Positions 39,137 to 53,499 of a stretch of DNA of 64,000 nucleotides are shown here, piece after piece (positions within the stretch are counted from its first letter, which is position 1; each line of letters begins with the position of its first letter). This DNA comes from Octopus sinensis. Taxonomy: Eukaryota. Position numbers and translations under genes: made by a program. The notes beneath the pieces were generated by a model that was not told where the DNA came from, made no database searches, and saw only the letters and a program-made list of their open reading frames with translations. The stretch is taken from NCBI RefSeq assembly GCF_006345805.1, contig NC_043009.1, forward strand, positions 17,422,001-17,486,000, written 5' to 3'.

Positions 39137-39785
39137 GGAGGAGGAGGAGGAGGAGGAGGAGGAGGGCGGTGGTGGTGGTGGTGGTGAAGATGATACTGAG
39201 GAGGAAGAGTAGTGTGGTGTTATGAATATGTGGTTTTTCCTTTGTCTCCAGTTCTTCAGATTGATGTTCAAAGTTTTTTTGTCTTCTCGTTTTATGATGA
39301 CCTAACTCTGAAGCTACTCCGCATTGACTTAAACTGATACAAAGTAGATACATTTAGGATAAGGCGAAAACTTGCTCCTACTTTTGTATTGTTGTACTTT
39401 TAACAATACAACTTATTAAACTGTCTGTCATCATTTATCCCAGGTAAAAACCAGGCTTAATTGCCATCTCAGAATTAAGTGGTTAATGATAAGAAGGGTA
39501 TCTAGCTATAAAAAAAAGGACTTGCTTTGTTAATATGCAGATGGGTCTGAAACAGTAAAAGAAAAGAAAAAAACAGCCCCCAGAGATAAGTGGAAATTGA
39601 CAGACAAATGGATGGGCATTCTAGTTTTCTTAGCTCGAATCTGATGTAGATGATGATAGTTGGCCCGAGATGAGAGATGGAGACGCAATAACCTGATAAA
39701 AGGCTTTATTCAAGAAAATTGAATGAAAAAAAGAACACAAACAATGAAAATGATAAAATCAAGATAAATCATGTACTCACAAATT

Positions 39786-40330
39786 ATGTGTTTGCATATA
39801 TGTATGTATGTGTGTGTATGTATGTATGTATGTATTTATGTATAAATGTATGTATGTATGTATGTATGTATGTATGTATGTATGTATGTATGTATGTGTG
39901 TATGTATATATGTAAGTATGTATGTATGTGTGTATGTATGTATGTATGTATGTATGTATGTATGTATGTGTGTGTGTGTATGTATGTATGTATGTATGTA
40001 TGTATGTATGTATGTATGTATGTATGTATGTATGTGTGTATGTATCTATGTATGCATGTATGTGTGTGTGTGCTTGTGTTTGTGTGTATGTATGTACGTA
40101 TGTTTGTGAGTTTGTGTGTGTGTGTTTGTGTGTATGTATATATGAGTGTGTGTATGTATATATGTATGTATATATGTATGTATGTGTATGTATGTATGTA
40201 TGTATGTATGATGTATGTATGTATGTTTGTATGTATGTGAATATATATACATAAACTCATATGTATGCTTGTAGGTATGTGTATATAAACATATACACAC
40301 ATTCATGCATGCACACATGTGCATGTGGCG
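39786..40330. repeat. Long (TATG)n/(TG)n microsatellite
   Basis: Seen directly; it is the source of the MYVC/HTYI ORFs in the track. Confidence 0.97.
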
Positions 40331-40728
40331 TAGAAACATAAATATACACTTATATGACTGTATTTTTTACAATATTTTTTCTTTAGATATTAAGTGTATA
40401 ACTACAAATCATTTAAAGACATGTTACAGGGGAAAATAGAATTAGGAGGAAACTGACAGACAGACAGACAGACAGACAGAGAGAGAGAGAGAGAGAGAGA
40501 GAGGTGAAAATATCGATGTAAATGAATTCTTACTAAGAAACTGAGGCACACTTTCGGTATCAAAACAATATCTACTTCTATTTTGTTTATTATTAGATTG
40601 TTAACTAAATATCTATTAAATACATCTTGCCTTACAAAAAAAAAAAAAATAATAACATTGTGTCATGTTATTGCTGCTGTTGTTGCTGTTCATCTTCCTT
40701 TTCTTTTCCTTCTTTTCTTCTTCTTCTT

Positions 40729-40778
<50 letters not shown>

Positions 40779-43700
40779 AATCATTTATTCTCGTAATGTG
40801 AAGATGGGCGTAGGTGTGGCTGTGTGGTAAGGAGCTTCCTTCCCAACCTCATGGTCCTGGGTTCAGTCCCACTGTGTGGTACATTGGGCAAGTGTCTTCT
40901 ACTATAGCCTTAGGCCAACCAAAGCCTTATGAGTGGATTTGCTAGATGGAAACTGAAAGAAGCCTGTCATATATATATATATATATTTGTGTGTGTCTGT
41001 GTTTGTCCCCACCATTGCTTGGCAATCGAAGTTGGTTTGTTTGCGTCCCCTTAATTTAGTGGATCAGCAAAAGAGACCAATACAATTAGTACTAGGCTTA
41101 CAAAGAAGAAGTCCTGAGGTTGATTTGTTCGACTAAAGGCGGTGCTCCAGCATGGCTGTAGTCAAATGACTGGAACAAGGAAAAGAATAAAAGAATATCT
41201 TTTTTATTCTCTCTTCATAATAAGTTTTATTTCAAGCATTATGTTTTACTTTTTAATTACTTATAAAAAAAAACTATGCCTAAATAGGGGTTGCCCTCAA
41301 TACCTGAAGTGGACACCTAAGAGAAAAGAAAAAGAGGAGGTTTGTTTTGCAAGCTTATAAATTATATTTATACAAATTACATTTTTACATCTAAAATGGC
41401 TACCACTCGTAATTATGCCACACCAAGAAAAAACTCTACAATGGCTAAAAAGAAAAGGAAACACAACACAATACCAGAACACACAAAAAGAAGAGTGACA
41501 GTAATAGTAATAACAATAGTGGTAACAATTCTTACATGATACCAAATACTTCCTTTGGTCCATTCATCTAGCAGTTGTGTGAAGATAAACCTTCCCTCAT
41601 CACTGAATCAACAGACAAACTTTTGGGATCTATCACTGTTACAAGAAAAAAGTGTGGATGGGAGAATTTTGTAAAACCTAACAGTACTTCACCCAAAAAG
41701 ACAAAGAGAAAATATATACATTTCTTCTAATGAAGAAATGGGTGCTAATTAAATTTTCCTTCACATCAAGTAATACAAGTTCTCCAAGAGATATCAAGAG
41801 ATATTATCTCAAATGAAAAAGGCTCAAGCTATATTACTGTTTGTTGTACTTTTAAAACTGGTAATGCAACCAAAACACAGATAGAAATTGTCAGATATAC
41901 CTCTCACTGTGTATTTGTGCCCCAGGACATAAGTTAAAGAAACACAAGAGTCACAATAAGAGATATCAGGCTCAACCTAGACCCATCGCTAATAGTGACT
42001 TTTGTGTAGCAATATGGAAGAGTTAAAGCAGGCTTAACCAAAAGATGACATTTGGTCAGATGATGTCAAAATGGACTTGCAAGTCCTAATAACACCCATA
42101 GGCCTTAGATCTCTACCAGAACTGTAACAAACAGAAGGCATGAGATTGATGATACAGAGCAGAAAATCTAATTGTTATATTTGTCAGAGTAAGACTCATC
42201 TTTGAGTTGAATGCCAGGAAGAACTGGAAAATTTAAAAAACAAAGAAAATGAAAATAATGAAAACCAACAGCAACCACAAAAACAACAGCAGACCTAATT
42301 TTCCATAGAATCATCAACGAACATTCTGAAGATAACAAAGAAAATATCTTTAGGCTCAATATCACAAACAGATGAGCAAGTTCTCCCTGCCCTAAAAGTA
42401 CCAACCTGTAATATCACACTTTCGTTGTGCAATAAAGAAGAAATAATTACAGATGAAAATAGGAAAAGTAAAATGGTAAAGAAAATGACAAAAAGATACA
42501 ATATAAAAAGGCAAGGAGGAACAGTTTCTTCTAGGTGGAAACAAAATCCTGCTTTAAGAAAATAACACAGAAAAAGCAGAGGATGAAAATGAACTAAAAT
42601 TCACCATTCTTTGAAAATCAACCAAACAGTTAAGAGACAAAATTATGCATCTCTAGTGCCACAGTCTCTCGCCAAAAGTTTGAATGGCCCTTAAACAGTT
42701 CAGTCTGGAATATAATGAGCATCCAAAATATAAACTGATGGTAAAATTAGAATTAAGACATCAAATGTAAGAAAAGAATAATCTTAAGTTGTTGGTAATT
42801 TGCAATAGCAAATATCTCAAGAATTCTTAGTGGTGCATTTGATTATACTTGAATGCAATCAGAGAAATGGTTAAATGGTTTAGGAGTACTCAGCTCACTC
42901 CAGCCAGGAAACCCCATTTTATTAAATTATATATTGTTTTAATGTATTTCATTGTACTTTTTCATATATACATGTGCACATGTAAGCATAGGTCTGTGCA
43001 TGTGTGTATATGTGTATGTGTATGTGTGTGTGTGTGATCTTTTGTGTGTGCACATGCACATGAGTGCACCTTGGAAATGTTTAATACATCCTTCTATACG
43101 TTGCATAAAATCTTTTAACAGTTAAACACTGGTGTTGATGTAATTGACTTACCCCCTCCTACAAACTTATAGACCTTCTGCTAAAATTTGAAACCAATAT
43201 TCTTCTTATCCTCCTTTTCTTCCTTTCATAATCCCATATTCCATTTCCTTCTCTTTTTACCCATATATTTATATAGTGCACCTTCTTGTAATTCCTTCAT
43301 CCTTTCATTTCCAGTACACCTTTGATTTGGACCAATTTTCCTCTTCCCAAAATTAACACTGTAGTGTTAATTAACTTTGGTAGGTCAAAATCCATTTGAA
43401 TATCTTCACAAAATATTCAAATTCTATTTACTAGACTATCCAGCAATTCCACATTATTTTAGAACACCTTCAAATCGTCCATATAGGGGTTCAGCTTTCC
43501 AGTGCCTCCCCCCAGATCGTACATAGGCTGTCTTTATCTTTCGTATAATAATACTAGTGACTGGCATGAGAGCTACAAATGAATAAAAGTGCCTCCTGAA
43601 ATATTCTTCATTTTATGTTAACTTCCCCAGTGATTCTGTCCCAATATTCCATTGACTTATGTTTCCACACATTAATGCTACTCCACAGATATAAGCTCCA

Positions 43701-43829
43701 GCTATGCATCAATATATCCAGGCCATCCCCAGATTTGTCAGTCTTCTCTTACAGTTTTTTACTACCATTGTGTCTTCCTTAAATCCTACTGCTTCCTTTA
43801 CTATATTTGTTGCAGCACATATCAAAGTA

Positions 43830-45285
43830 CAGTAGAATCTCACAGTACAACATTACATGAGTAATTTGCTGCACAAGCTGAGGCTTGTACTAATGTTTGT
43901 CTTGAATTACAAGTGAAAGTCCTCAGTATGAGCAAGTTTCATACAAGTGGCTGCTAGTCAGCGCTGAGCTCACACATGCTCTCCCAACAAGCACAGCCTC
44001 CACTTGCTCAGTTCACATGTTTGTCTCATAGAAGCATCCCTGTTTTTTTATTAGTTTTGTGCATTTTTTGTTATTATTTTATAATAATTAGTTGTGTTAG
44101 CCATGGGTCCTAAGCAGGTTAGTGCAAAGGACAGTGCTGAGAAGAAGAAAAAGCTGATTACGATAGAATTGAAAAAAGGAAATCATTGATAAACATGATA
44201 AAGGAGTGTGTGTGGTGGACTTAGCATGTCAATATGATTTGTTGTAACATAATTGTTGCTTATAATAGATAAGATAAACAGACAACAGTAAAAACAATGT
44301 AACGAACAAACAAATCTCTTTAGGAACCCACAATCAATATTCCTTGTAAACCAACCAACTGATACATTCTGACTTCCCTGCAAACTAACACAAACTTCAC
44401 TCAACTCCAAACTCTGAACCTTTCAGATTGTTACTATTTATACTTTATTTGGACGAGTCTATCTCTTGCAAGGGGCTGTCATAACTCTCATCACATGACC
44501 GAAGCACATCAACGACCTGCACCATCCTGAAAGAAAAGGATGACATCAAGTACATCACAACAGTAAAGGGTGTCTCCAGGTTCTCCAAGCAGTACACATC
44601 TGTCCACGAAGAGGTGGAAATATTGCTTCTCCTGTGGATCAACAAGAAGCAACTCACTGAGGATATGATTATGGAGACCATCATTTGTGAGAAAGCACAA
44701 GCACTGTGTTGGGATCTCTTGGAGCAGAACCCTGGAACAGTGACAGAGGAGACATCAGTAGATGCATTTAAGGCTAGTCATGGCTGGTTCAATAATTTCA
44801 AGAAGAGGACTGGTGTTCATAGCATCGTCAGGTATGGAGAAGCAGTGAGTTCTGACAGGAAGGCAACTGAGGATTTCATGCATGGATTCCATCAGCGCAT
44901 TGCAACTGAGGGGTGCATTGCACAACAAGTATTCAGCTGTGATAAAACTGACCTTTTTTTCAGAACCTACATAACTGCAGAGGAGAAGAAAATGTCAGGC
45001 CACAAGCCTATGAAATATAGGCTAACTTTAGTCTTTTGTGCCAATGCAAGTGGAGACTTGAAGATTAAGCTGCTCCTTGTTCACCATTCTGAAAAACCAT
45101 GAGTGTTCAAGTCACACAAAATCATGAAGAAGCTGCAGGTTATGTGGAGGGCAAACATTAAATCCTGGGTAACCAGGCAATTCTTCATTGAGGGATCAAC
45201 CTTTTATATAGATCAGCAGTGAAAAGTACCTTCTGCAGAACCATCTATCTACCAAGGCTTTTCTCATCCTTGATAGTGTTCCTAA
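43830..45285 (+). mobile_element. Tigger/pogo DNA transposon remnant (CENP-B HTH plus DDE_1)
   Basis: TA-cagtagaatctc left end. MGPKQVSAKDSAEKKKKLITIELKK..., EILLLLWINKKQL...FKASHGWFNNFKKR...RLTLVFCANASGDLKIK; 3' truncated. Confidence 0.92.
44240..44495. mobile_element. Putative solo LTR inserted in the Tigger ORF
   Basis: 256-bp insert with TG...CA ends and an imperfect 5-bp TSD tgatt/tgacc. The Tigger frame (LACQYD|RSTSTTCTILK) resumes after it. Confidence 0.45.
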
Positions 45286-45439
45286 TAATAGTAATGGTTT
45301 CAAATTTTGCCACAAGGGCAGCAATTTTGGGGGAGCAGATGAGTCAATTACATTGACCCCAGGGTATTCAACTTGTAGTTATTTTATCAAGCCTGAAAGC
45401 TGACCCTGGCAGCATTTGATCTTAATAATAATAATAATA

Positions 45440-45745
45440 ATCAATTTGATACCGGACAAGGATTCTGGATTATTTTTTCTGTTTTTTCCAGTCATGGCTG
45501 ACAGACAATTCCTGCAACCATGTCACCCTTAACATCTGGCCACCTAACTCCCCAAACAAGAATACTAAAAATGAACCCAACTGCTCTTAAAAATTAAGTA
45601 AAAAACAGGAAAAATAATCCAGAATCTTTGTCTGGTACCAAATTGATCACAAAATCTAATCAGTTTGTGCCAGTCATGAAAATTTCATCTGAATCCATCG
45701 AGCTGTTCTTGAGATATCTTGTCCATAGACAAACAAACAAACGTG
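45440..45745 (+). mobile_element. DINE-1/Helentron-like non-autonomous element with 48-bp inverted repeats enclosing a maT fragment
   Basis: 45440-45487 is the reverse complement of 45600-45647. The 3' part reads aaaatttcatctgaatcc...gagatatcttg...agacaaacaaacaaac. Family assignment is inference. Confidence 0.5.
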
Positions 45746-45769
45746 AGGTAATAATACAAACAGCAAGAC

Positions 45770-45965
45770 TAACAAATATTTATATAACATACAGAAAATA
45801 GCACTACTAGGCACCGCACACATCCTACATAAAACACTTTCAATACAGTAACTATAAGAGTATCACAACAAACCACAGCACAAAGTACACAGAGCTGTGC
45901 TCGGCAGTGCAGTAAAAGCCCATGATAATAGTAAGACTACTTACTGAAGGATAATAAAAATAATT
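45770..45965 (+). mobile_element. R4/Dong-clade LINE 3' end
   Basis: IQKIALLGTAHILHKTLSIQ-stop, followed by a short UTR and a taa tail. Confidence 0.65.
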
Positions 45966-46437
45966 CTTTCTTTTTATTGGCCACAAGGGATAATATAAAT
46001 CAAAACATTGTCATGCACATATGGTTGTGATGCATGCACCTGGTGTACCCTTATCAAGTAGTTATGATGGGTATACTGGGCTTTGTATATTTTACTCCAG
46101 TGTCACTTTGATGGCATGCACTGTTCTCTCACTCAATAATAATGATAACAATAGTGATGGACTCTTCCATCGAAGATGACATTTAAGTGTTCAGCTTTGT
46201 TTATAGTGATCGAATCTACGTGCTGCACATTACCTCCCTCCCTCCATCAAATCGATTTTGCCTGAACAGGTGCTATGGTGTGCCATGCCTCAGGTGTCGA
46301 ACTGATTGCAGAGCAACATGAGATGAAGTGTTTGCTCAAGAATACAATGCACTACTTGGGCTAGTAATTGAAACCATGAGATCACCATCATGAGTGCAAC
46401 ACCCTAACTGCTAGGCCATATGTCTTCAATAATAATG

Positions 46438-46488
<51 letters not shown>

Positions 46489-46734
46489 GTTTTCAAATTT
46501 TTGCACAAGGGCATCAAGTTCAGGGGAGGGAGTAAGTTGACTATTTTGACCCCAGTGCTCAACTGGTACTAATCTTATTGACTCCAAGCAAAGTCGACCA
46601 CAGTGGAATTTGAACTCTGAATATAAAGCAAGAAGAAGAAGAAGGAGGGGGAGGAGGGGGAGAAGAAGAAGAAGAAGAAGAAGAAGAAGAAGAAGAAGAA
46701 GAAGGAAGAGGAGGAGGGGGAGAAGAAGAAGAAT

Positions 46735-47407
46735 ATTAGTCATGAGAAGGGGACAGGTGGTCAACAGTGAAGGCATCCAATTACCAGATGACCAGATATT
46801 AAAATCCTTGAAAGGAGGAGAGAGTTATACATATCTAGGAGTATAAGAATCATCTGACAGAGTACTAACTATAGAAATGAAAACGAAAATTGATAAGGAG
46901 TCCATCAAAAGGGTGAAGAAGGTAATGAAGTCAAAGCAAAATGGTCTGAATCTAGTGAAGGCTTTAAATACTTGAGCAATATCAATTCTTAGATACTCAG
47001 CAGCTTTTGTAGACTGGACAAAAACTGAATTAGCAAACCTAGAGAGAAGAACTAGGAAGGAATTCAATATGAATGGAGGACTCCACCCAAGGGCAGGAGT
47101 AGCAAGATCATACCTACCTAGAAAGGAAGGTGGAAGAGAGCTAATATCAATGGAAGACTCCGTGGAGTTAGCTAGAGTAGCTATAGTCTCCTATGTAGGT
47201 AATAGTGAAGAAAGTTTATTAAAAGCTGCTAGAGTCACAGCAAGACATAAAGAAACAAAAACACGAAACAAACTTAAAAACCAGAAAAAAGAACGAAAGT
47301 TAACTGACTGGCAGGAGAAGGCGTTACATGGTAGATTCCCAAAGATAGTTTCAGCAAATGGTAGTAGTGAGACATGGTTATGGCTGCAGAAGGGAAAGCT
47401 GAAGAGG

Positions 47408-47410
<3 letters not shown>
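46735..47410 (+). mobile_element. R4/Dong-clade LINE fragment (post-RT region)
   Basis: YTYLGV...ILRYSAAFVDWTKTEL...LHPRAGVARSYLPRKEGGREL...WQEKALHG...WLWLQKGKLKRE. Flanked by (AAG)n and (AAT)n. Confidence 0.85.
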
Positions 47411-47449
<39 letters not shown>

Positions 47450-47479
47450 TAATAATGATGATGATGATAATGATGATGA

Positions 47480-48050
47480 TTTCATTTATTTGCCACAAGG
47501 GCAAAGAGTGAGGGGGGAGGGGGTAATACAGAGACAGACATAAAGTGTGGTGGGTTTACATATAATAATGAAATGATAAAAAGAAGTAATTATACACAGT
47601 ATACACAGAAAAAGAAGGGACATATGCATAGCATACAAAGGTATGGAAAAAATTGGTGGTGTGGATGACAGAGATGTGGTCCTCCTGATACAGGAAGGCC
47701 TCTAGAGATAATCAAAGAACCCTACTGTTGAAGATTTCCCTGAAACCCTAGGAGTAAGTGGCCTCTCCATATCCTTCTCTCCAACTACACTTAGAGAAGT
47801 ACCATCCACTCTTGCCATTTTTGCACCTTTCACCCACCTTTCAATAAACTCACTCAAGGACAGCACTTCCCTCTCCACTCTCAATTTCCTTTTTAAGTGA
47901 AACTTGAAGAAGTTAATGAGAGCTTTGCCAAAGAGGAATGTATCTGTCCTCATGCCTTTCAGCTTTGTCCGCCAAAAAACCTCTTTCACCACAGCCAACA
48001 GGCAAAGGAAAACTGCTTTGCCTGCCTGATTGAAGGAGGACAGAGGTGCA
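47480..48050 (-). mobile_element. Tx1/L1-clade LINE 3' end
   Basis: KAVFLCLLAVVKEVFWRTKLKG...LINFFKFHLKRKLRVEREVLS..FIERW, then a UTR with gtggcaaataaa and a trinucleotide tail. Confidence 0.75.
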
Positions 48051-48072
48051 ATAATAATAACAGTAATAATAA

Positions 48073-48122
<50 letters not shown>

Positions 48123-48994
48123 ATAATAATAATAATAATAATAATAATAGTCAACTTTGCCTTTCACCCTTTTGAAGGTTGATTAAATAAGTACCAGTTG
48201 AGCACTGGGGTCAGTATAATCGACTTACCCTAACTGAACTTGCTGGCTTTGTGCAAAAATTTGAAACCATTATTGTTATTAAAATGGCAAGCTGGCTCAA
48301 TTGTTAACATGTCAAACAAAATGCTTAGCAATATTTCTTGTTTTTTACATTCTGAGTTCAAATACCATTGAGGTCAACTTTGCCTTTTGTTCATTCAAAG
48401 CCAATAAAATAAAATGCCAGTCAAGTACTGAGTTGATGTCATTGATTAATACCCCTCTCCCTAAAATTGCTGGCCTAGTGCTAAATTTAGAACCATTATT
48501 ATCATTTTCATTGTTGTTGCTTTGCTTTATATAAACTGTTCCAAGTTTCACTGAGAAACCTCAAGTAACAGCAAATTGGACGTTTTATGGTGGGTATTAT
48601 TTATGGTTAGCCATGATCTGTTGTAGAGAAAGGAGACTAAATACTGAGAATAAGGACAGTGTTTTACGCAGGACGTGGGCATTGTCCATTAACCTCGTAT
48701 ACTATGGCAATTTGTATACTCATCTGAGGCTAACACAGAGTAACCAGAGATGAAGTTATCAATTATTATTATTAATCAGATGGTGAGCTGGTAGAATCAC
48801 TAGCATACTGGGCTAAATGCTTGGTGACATTTCATTTTTCTTTACATTCTGGGTTCAAATTCTGCCAAAGTTCAACTTATGAGGTTGATAAAATATGTAC
48901 CAGTTGAACATTGAAATTAGTGTAATCAGCATATCCTCTCCTCCTAAATTGCTGGCCTTGTACCAAAATTTGTCATTACCATAATCATAATAAT

Positions 48995-49090
<96 letters not shown>

Positions 49091-51029
49091 GTTGTTGTCG
49101 TTGTTGTTGTTATTGTCATAATTGTTGTTGCTGTTGTTACAGCATTGGATTGCTAGAATCATTAGAATGTCTGGCAGATATTAAAGTGATGAGTTGGCAG
49201 AATTATTAGAGTGTCTTTCACAGTTGACAAAATAAGTACCAGTTGAGCACTGGGGGTAATTGAATAGATCCCATCCTAAAATTTCAGGCCTAGTGCTAAT
49301 AGTAGAAAGGATTAGTATAAGTATTAGTAATATTGGTTCTTGAAGTGTACACAAGTGTTTATTTCACTCTCAAGCTCAATCATATTCAAGCATTACCAAA
49401 TGAAATCTTCTTTGGAGTTGAATACAATATTCTGAGGAGTAGACAATTAATTTTGGAATATAACACTCAGAAGTAGACAATTAGAAAAAAAAAAAAAGGT
49501 TTCTTTTTACAGACATTTCATTATTTTTTTTTACACACTTTCACTTTCAAAACAGCCAGCAAACACAGGAGACAAAAAAAAATACTGCAACAGCACTGAA
49601 CAATAAGAAACAAATGATCATTTAAATGAATGATAAATGTATAAAATATTCCCTACAGTTTCCAAGTAAGTGATAGTATCAACAACATAAGCAACAATGG
49701 CAACATTTGTACTTCAATTCACTCCTACAGTAGCTGTGCTAAAGCAAACCATGCCTCAGTTACACAACAAACATAACAAACAGAATTTTCAGACTTGACA
49801 TAGTTCCAAGAAACAAAACTGAGAAACTTTTGTGAGACAAAATAATATTTCTTTATCACAGGAATCCAAGAGAAAGCAAGAAGGAAAATTATATATATCT
49901 GGAATTTAGCGGAAAATGGAACTGGAAGTGGACTTACAACAGACACTTTCCTGTACAAACTGATTGACCATGGGGGAAACAAGGACATGTCCTATACTGC
50001 TCGATATTTTAAGATTACCTGCCTTTATAACCTTATTTTTTATTTATTTATCATGGGCATGGCTGTGTGGTTAGGGAGCTTGCTTCCTAGCTACATGGTT
50101 TCGGGTTCAGTCCCACTGCGTGGCACTTTGGGTAGGTGTCTTCTGCTATAGCCCCGAGCTGACCGGAGCTTTGTGATTGAATTTAGTAGGTGGAAGTTAC
50201 TGCCGTGTGTGTATGTGTGCGTATAGCTGCTCAGTGCCTCTCCGAAAGAGAGAGAGGGGACACCTGTCTATAGAAGAGCTGAACCCTTTTATGTTGGGAA
50301 GATATTCTTTCTGCTATGCATTGTCCTTTCATAAACATTTCTTTCCCACAACTTTACTCTGATACACAACCTCGAAACCAGAACAACTCATGCTTCTGGT
50401 TCATTGCCAAAACCCTTACTTTATTTAGGTGCATGCGTGCACACACACATATAAGCAATAATTAGAACAATAGAGAAATAAGGAGACAGATACATCCTCA
50501 AAATTTGTATCCTTTTCTTTTACAATGTCACAGCATATTTTTATGGTTAAGATGACCTCCACGTGTTTCCACTGCACAGTGTATGTGCTGTTGCATATGC
50601 AACTGGGCATAATTTTCAGGGTCTTGACGCAAAATGAAACTGGCTGAAAGACCCTACAAGGAGCTGCACAGGAAATTATGCCCAGTTGCATATAAAGCTG
50701 CAAATACTCTGTGCAATGGAAACACATGGAGGTCATCATAACAAAAAAAATATGTTGTATGACATTGTAAAATAAAAAGAAATAAGTTTTTAGAATGTAC
50801 CAATCTCCTTGTTCTCTATTGTTATAATTATTGTGGATAATATTAGCATCCAGCAAAGTGTATATGGAATTACCCATCGGAGGAATTTACAGCATGAGTG
50901 ACAACTTCTAGTAGTTGTAGATGTTAAATACTAATTGATATGGTTAGCCATAACCTTGAACACAACTGGGAGCTACCACGGTATCCACGCGGATAATATA
51001 TTCCTCTAAACTCACACATATCTCCAAAG

Positions 51030-52180
51030 GTTTCGGTCACTTGTCATTGCCTCTGTGAGGCCCAACATTCAAAGGTTGTGCTTCACCACCTCATCCCAGG
51101 TCTTCCTGGGTCTACCTCATCCACAGGTTCCCTCCACTGCTAGGGCATGACACTTCTTCACACAGCTGTTCTCATCATTACACATCACATGACCATACCA
51201 GTGCAGTCGTCTCTCTTTCACACACCACAACTGATGCATCTTAGGTCCAGCTTTTCTCTCAGGAAGCTTACACTGTGTTGTGTATGCACACTGACATTAC
51301 ACATCCAGCAAAGCTTACTAATTTCATTTCTTTCAAGACTACGTATGTCTTCAGCAGTTACAGATCATGTTTCACTGCCATGTAGCATGGTTGTTTGTAT
51401 ACAAGCATCATACAGTCTACCTTTCACTCTGAGTGAGAAGTCCTTTGTTACCAGCAGAGGTAGGAGCTCTCTGAACTTTGCCCAGGCTACTTTTATTCTA
51501 GTAGCTACACTCTCAGAGCATCCACTCCCACTACTGACTTGGTCTCCTAGGTAACGGAAGCTATCAACTACTTATAGTTTTTTTCCTCTGGCATGTGATG
51601 GAATCTGTTTCTTGTTCATCTTTGGTGCTTATTGCCCTTGTACATCTGTCACACAAAAGCTATCTTCCCAGTTAACCTTCCTTGATACTATTGCACCTCT
51701 TATGTGTCCATAGCGCACACCAGGTACATCTTATGGAGTTTCTACTCATGTCTTTTATACAGATTGAGCAGGGCCATCAACCTGAAGGGATTTGGGATTT
51801 GTCTGCCTTCCTATTTCCTAAAACTTTGGTTTTTGCTAGATTGGCTCTAAGGCCCTTCCATTTTAGGCCTTGCTTCAATATCTGAAGCTTCTTCTCTAGT
51901 TCTGGTAGTGACTCAACTATTAGAGCAAGGTCATCAGCATAGAGGAGCTCCCAGGGGCAGCCTGTCTTGAATTCCTGTGTTATTGCCTGGAGGACTGATC
52001 CTTGGTGAACCCCTACTTCTACCAGGAATTCTTTGCTATACTTGTTGCCAACTCTCACCTTACTGACAGCATCCCTGTACATGGCTTGTACATGTCTCAC
52101 CAACTGCTCATCGATTCCTAGTTTCCGCATTGACCACCAGATAAGGGATCAGGGGACTCAGTCAAAGGCTTTCTCCATAT
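51030..52180 (-). mobile_element. RTE-clade LINE RT fragment
   Basis: MRKLGIDEQLVRHVQAMYRDAVSKVRVG...VGVHQGSVL...CPWELLYADDLALI. Confidence 0.92.
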
Positions 52181-52194
52181 CATATATATATACA

Positions 52195-53075
52195 CAGGGT
52201 GCAGTAAATAAATTGTCACCATTTTATATTTTTAATTTCATGCATGCACATTGTTTTTTATTTTGTCAACTACACAGTATAGCAGAGTCAGTTGGGCACT
52301 GTCTGTGAGAAAAACAGCACCATGATGCAATTCACCCTGCCAGAAATTTGGAAACGACATGCTGTACTGATTGGCATTCGAACCGGAAGCTCCAATATGA
52401 ACATTTCAGAATGTTGGGTGTCACTCTGAAGTCAGTGCAATCTGAGGACATGTACTAAGAGTGATAAAAACGAAACATCCAGTGAACATCATGGTGTTTG
52501 GAGTGATCACTAGTGATGGCGATATTATGCCTCCATTCATCTTCCCACATAGCCTCAAACTCAACACAGGTCAACATCAAATGCCTGGAGGAGGTAGTGC
52601 TGCCCTGCATCAATAGGGTGACTGCTGGAAGACCCTATGTCTGGCAACAGGACTCTGCACCATGCCATACAAGCAGGAGAACCCAGTCATGACTGTCAGA
52701 CAATTTCTGCAACCACACCACCCCTAACATCTGGCCACCTAACTCCCCAGACTGTAAAGCCATCGATTATTATGTGTGGGATGCAGCTGAATGAAAGACC
52801 AACAAAACTCCTTGTAACACCAAAGATGAACTGAAAGCAAGGATTATGGCAGCATTCACCAACTTAAACAAGGAGACTGTCCAGAAGAGTTGTAGGAGAT
52901 TCCAAATTCGTCTGGAGGCCATGGTTGAGGCCAATGGCGATTTTATTGAATAAATTTACTCTTTAGTATTTCAAGATATTTCTATGTAATTTTGGTAATA
53001 TGACTGCTAAAATGAGATGTCAGAGTTATTTTCATTTTTGCATAATTTAGATGACAATTTATTCACCGCACCCTG
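52195..53075 (+). mobile_element. Internally deleted DD37D (maT) Tc1/mariner element with both TIRs
   Basis: 26-bp TIRs cagggtgcagtaaataaattgtcacc / gatgacaatttattcaccgcaccctg-TA. WQQDSAPCH...WPPNSPDCKAIDYYVW has 37 residues between the catalytic Asp residues. Confidence 0.93.
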
Positions 53076-53499
53076 TATATATGAATATATATATATATAC
53101 TGGAGTAAGCACATAGATGTGAAATAAGGTGGTAAAAAGAGTACTCAAATACCAGGGGTAGAGTAATATGCTTTATGTAAAAGCAGCAGAAAAGTAGGAA
53201 AGGTAGGAGAAAATAAGTGACAGCTATAGAGATTGGGTAGGTTTGAGAGATATGTGTAGTAAACGGTGGCTAAATGGTGGTGGATGACAATAATATATAT
53301 GAGCTTTTGGAAGGTAGGGAAGAGTAGAGTATGACTGAGAGAAATAGTGATATAGTAGAGAAGAGATGGAGGTGATTGTAGTGGGAATGTCTTGAGGAGG
53401 AAACTGGGTGAGGGGGCCTGTTGTGCATAATATATACTTTAGTGTGCTCCCAGAAACACAATTACACCAAGATAGGCAGGTCTCTTGGAAACAGCATAT

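Noticed and set aside
46610-46846. Arg-rich protamine-like ORF
   Set aside because: It is an (AAG)n/(GAG)n microsatellite read between a SINE and a LINE fragment.
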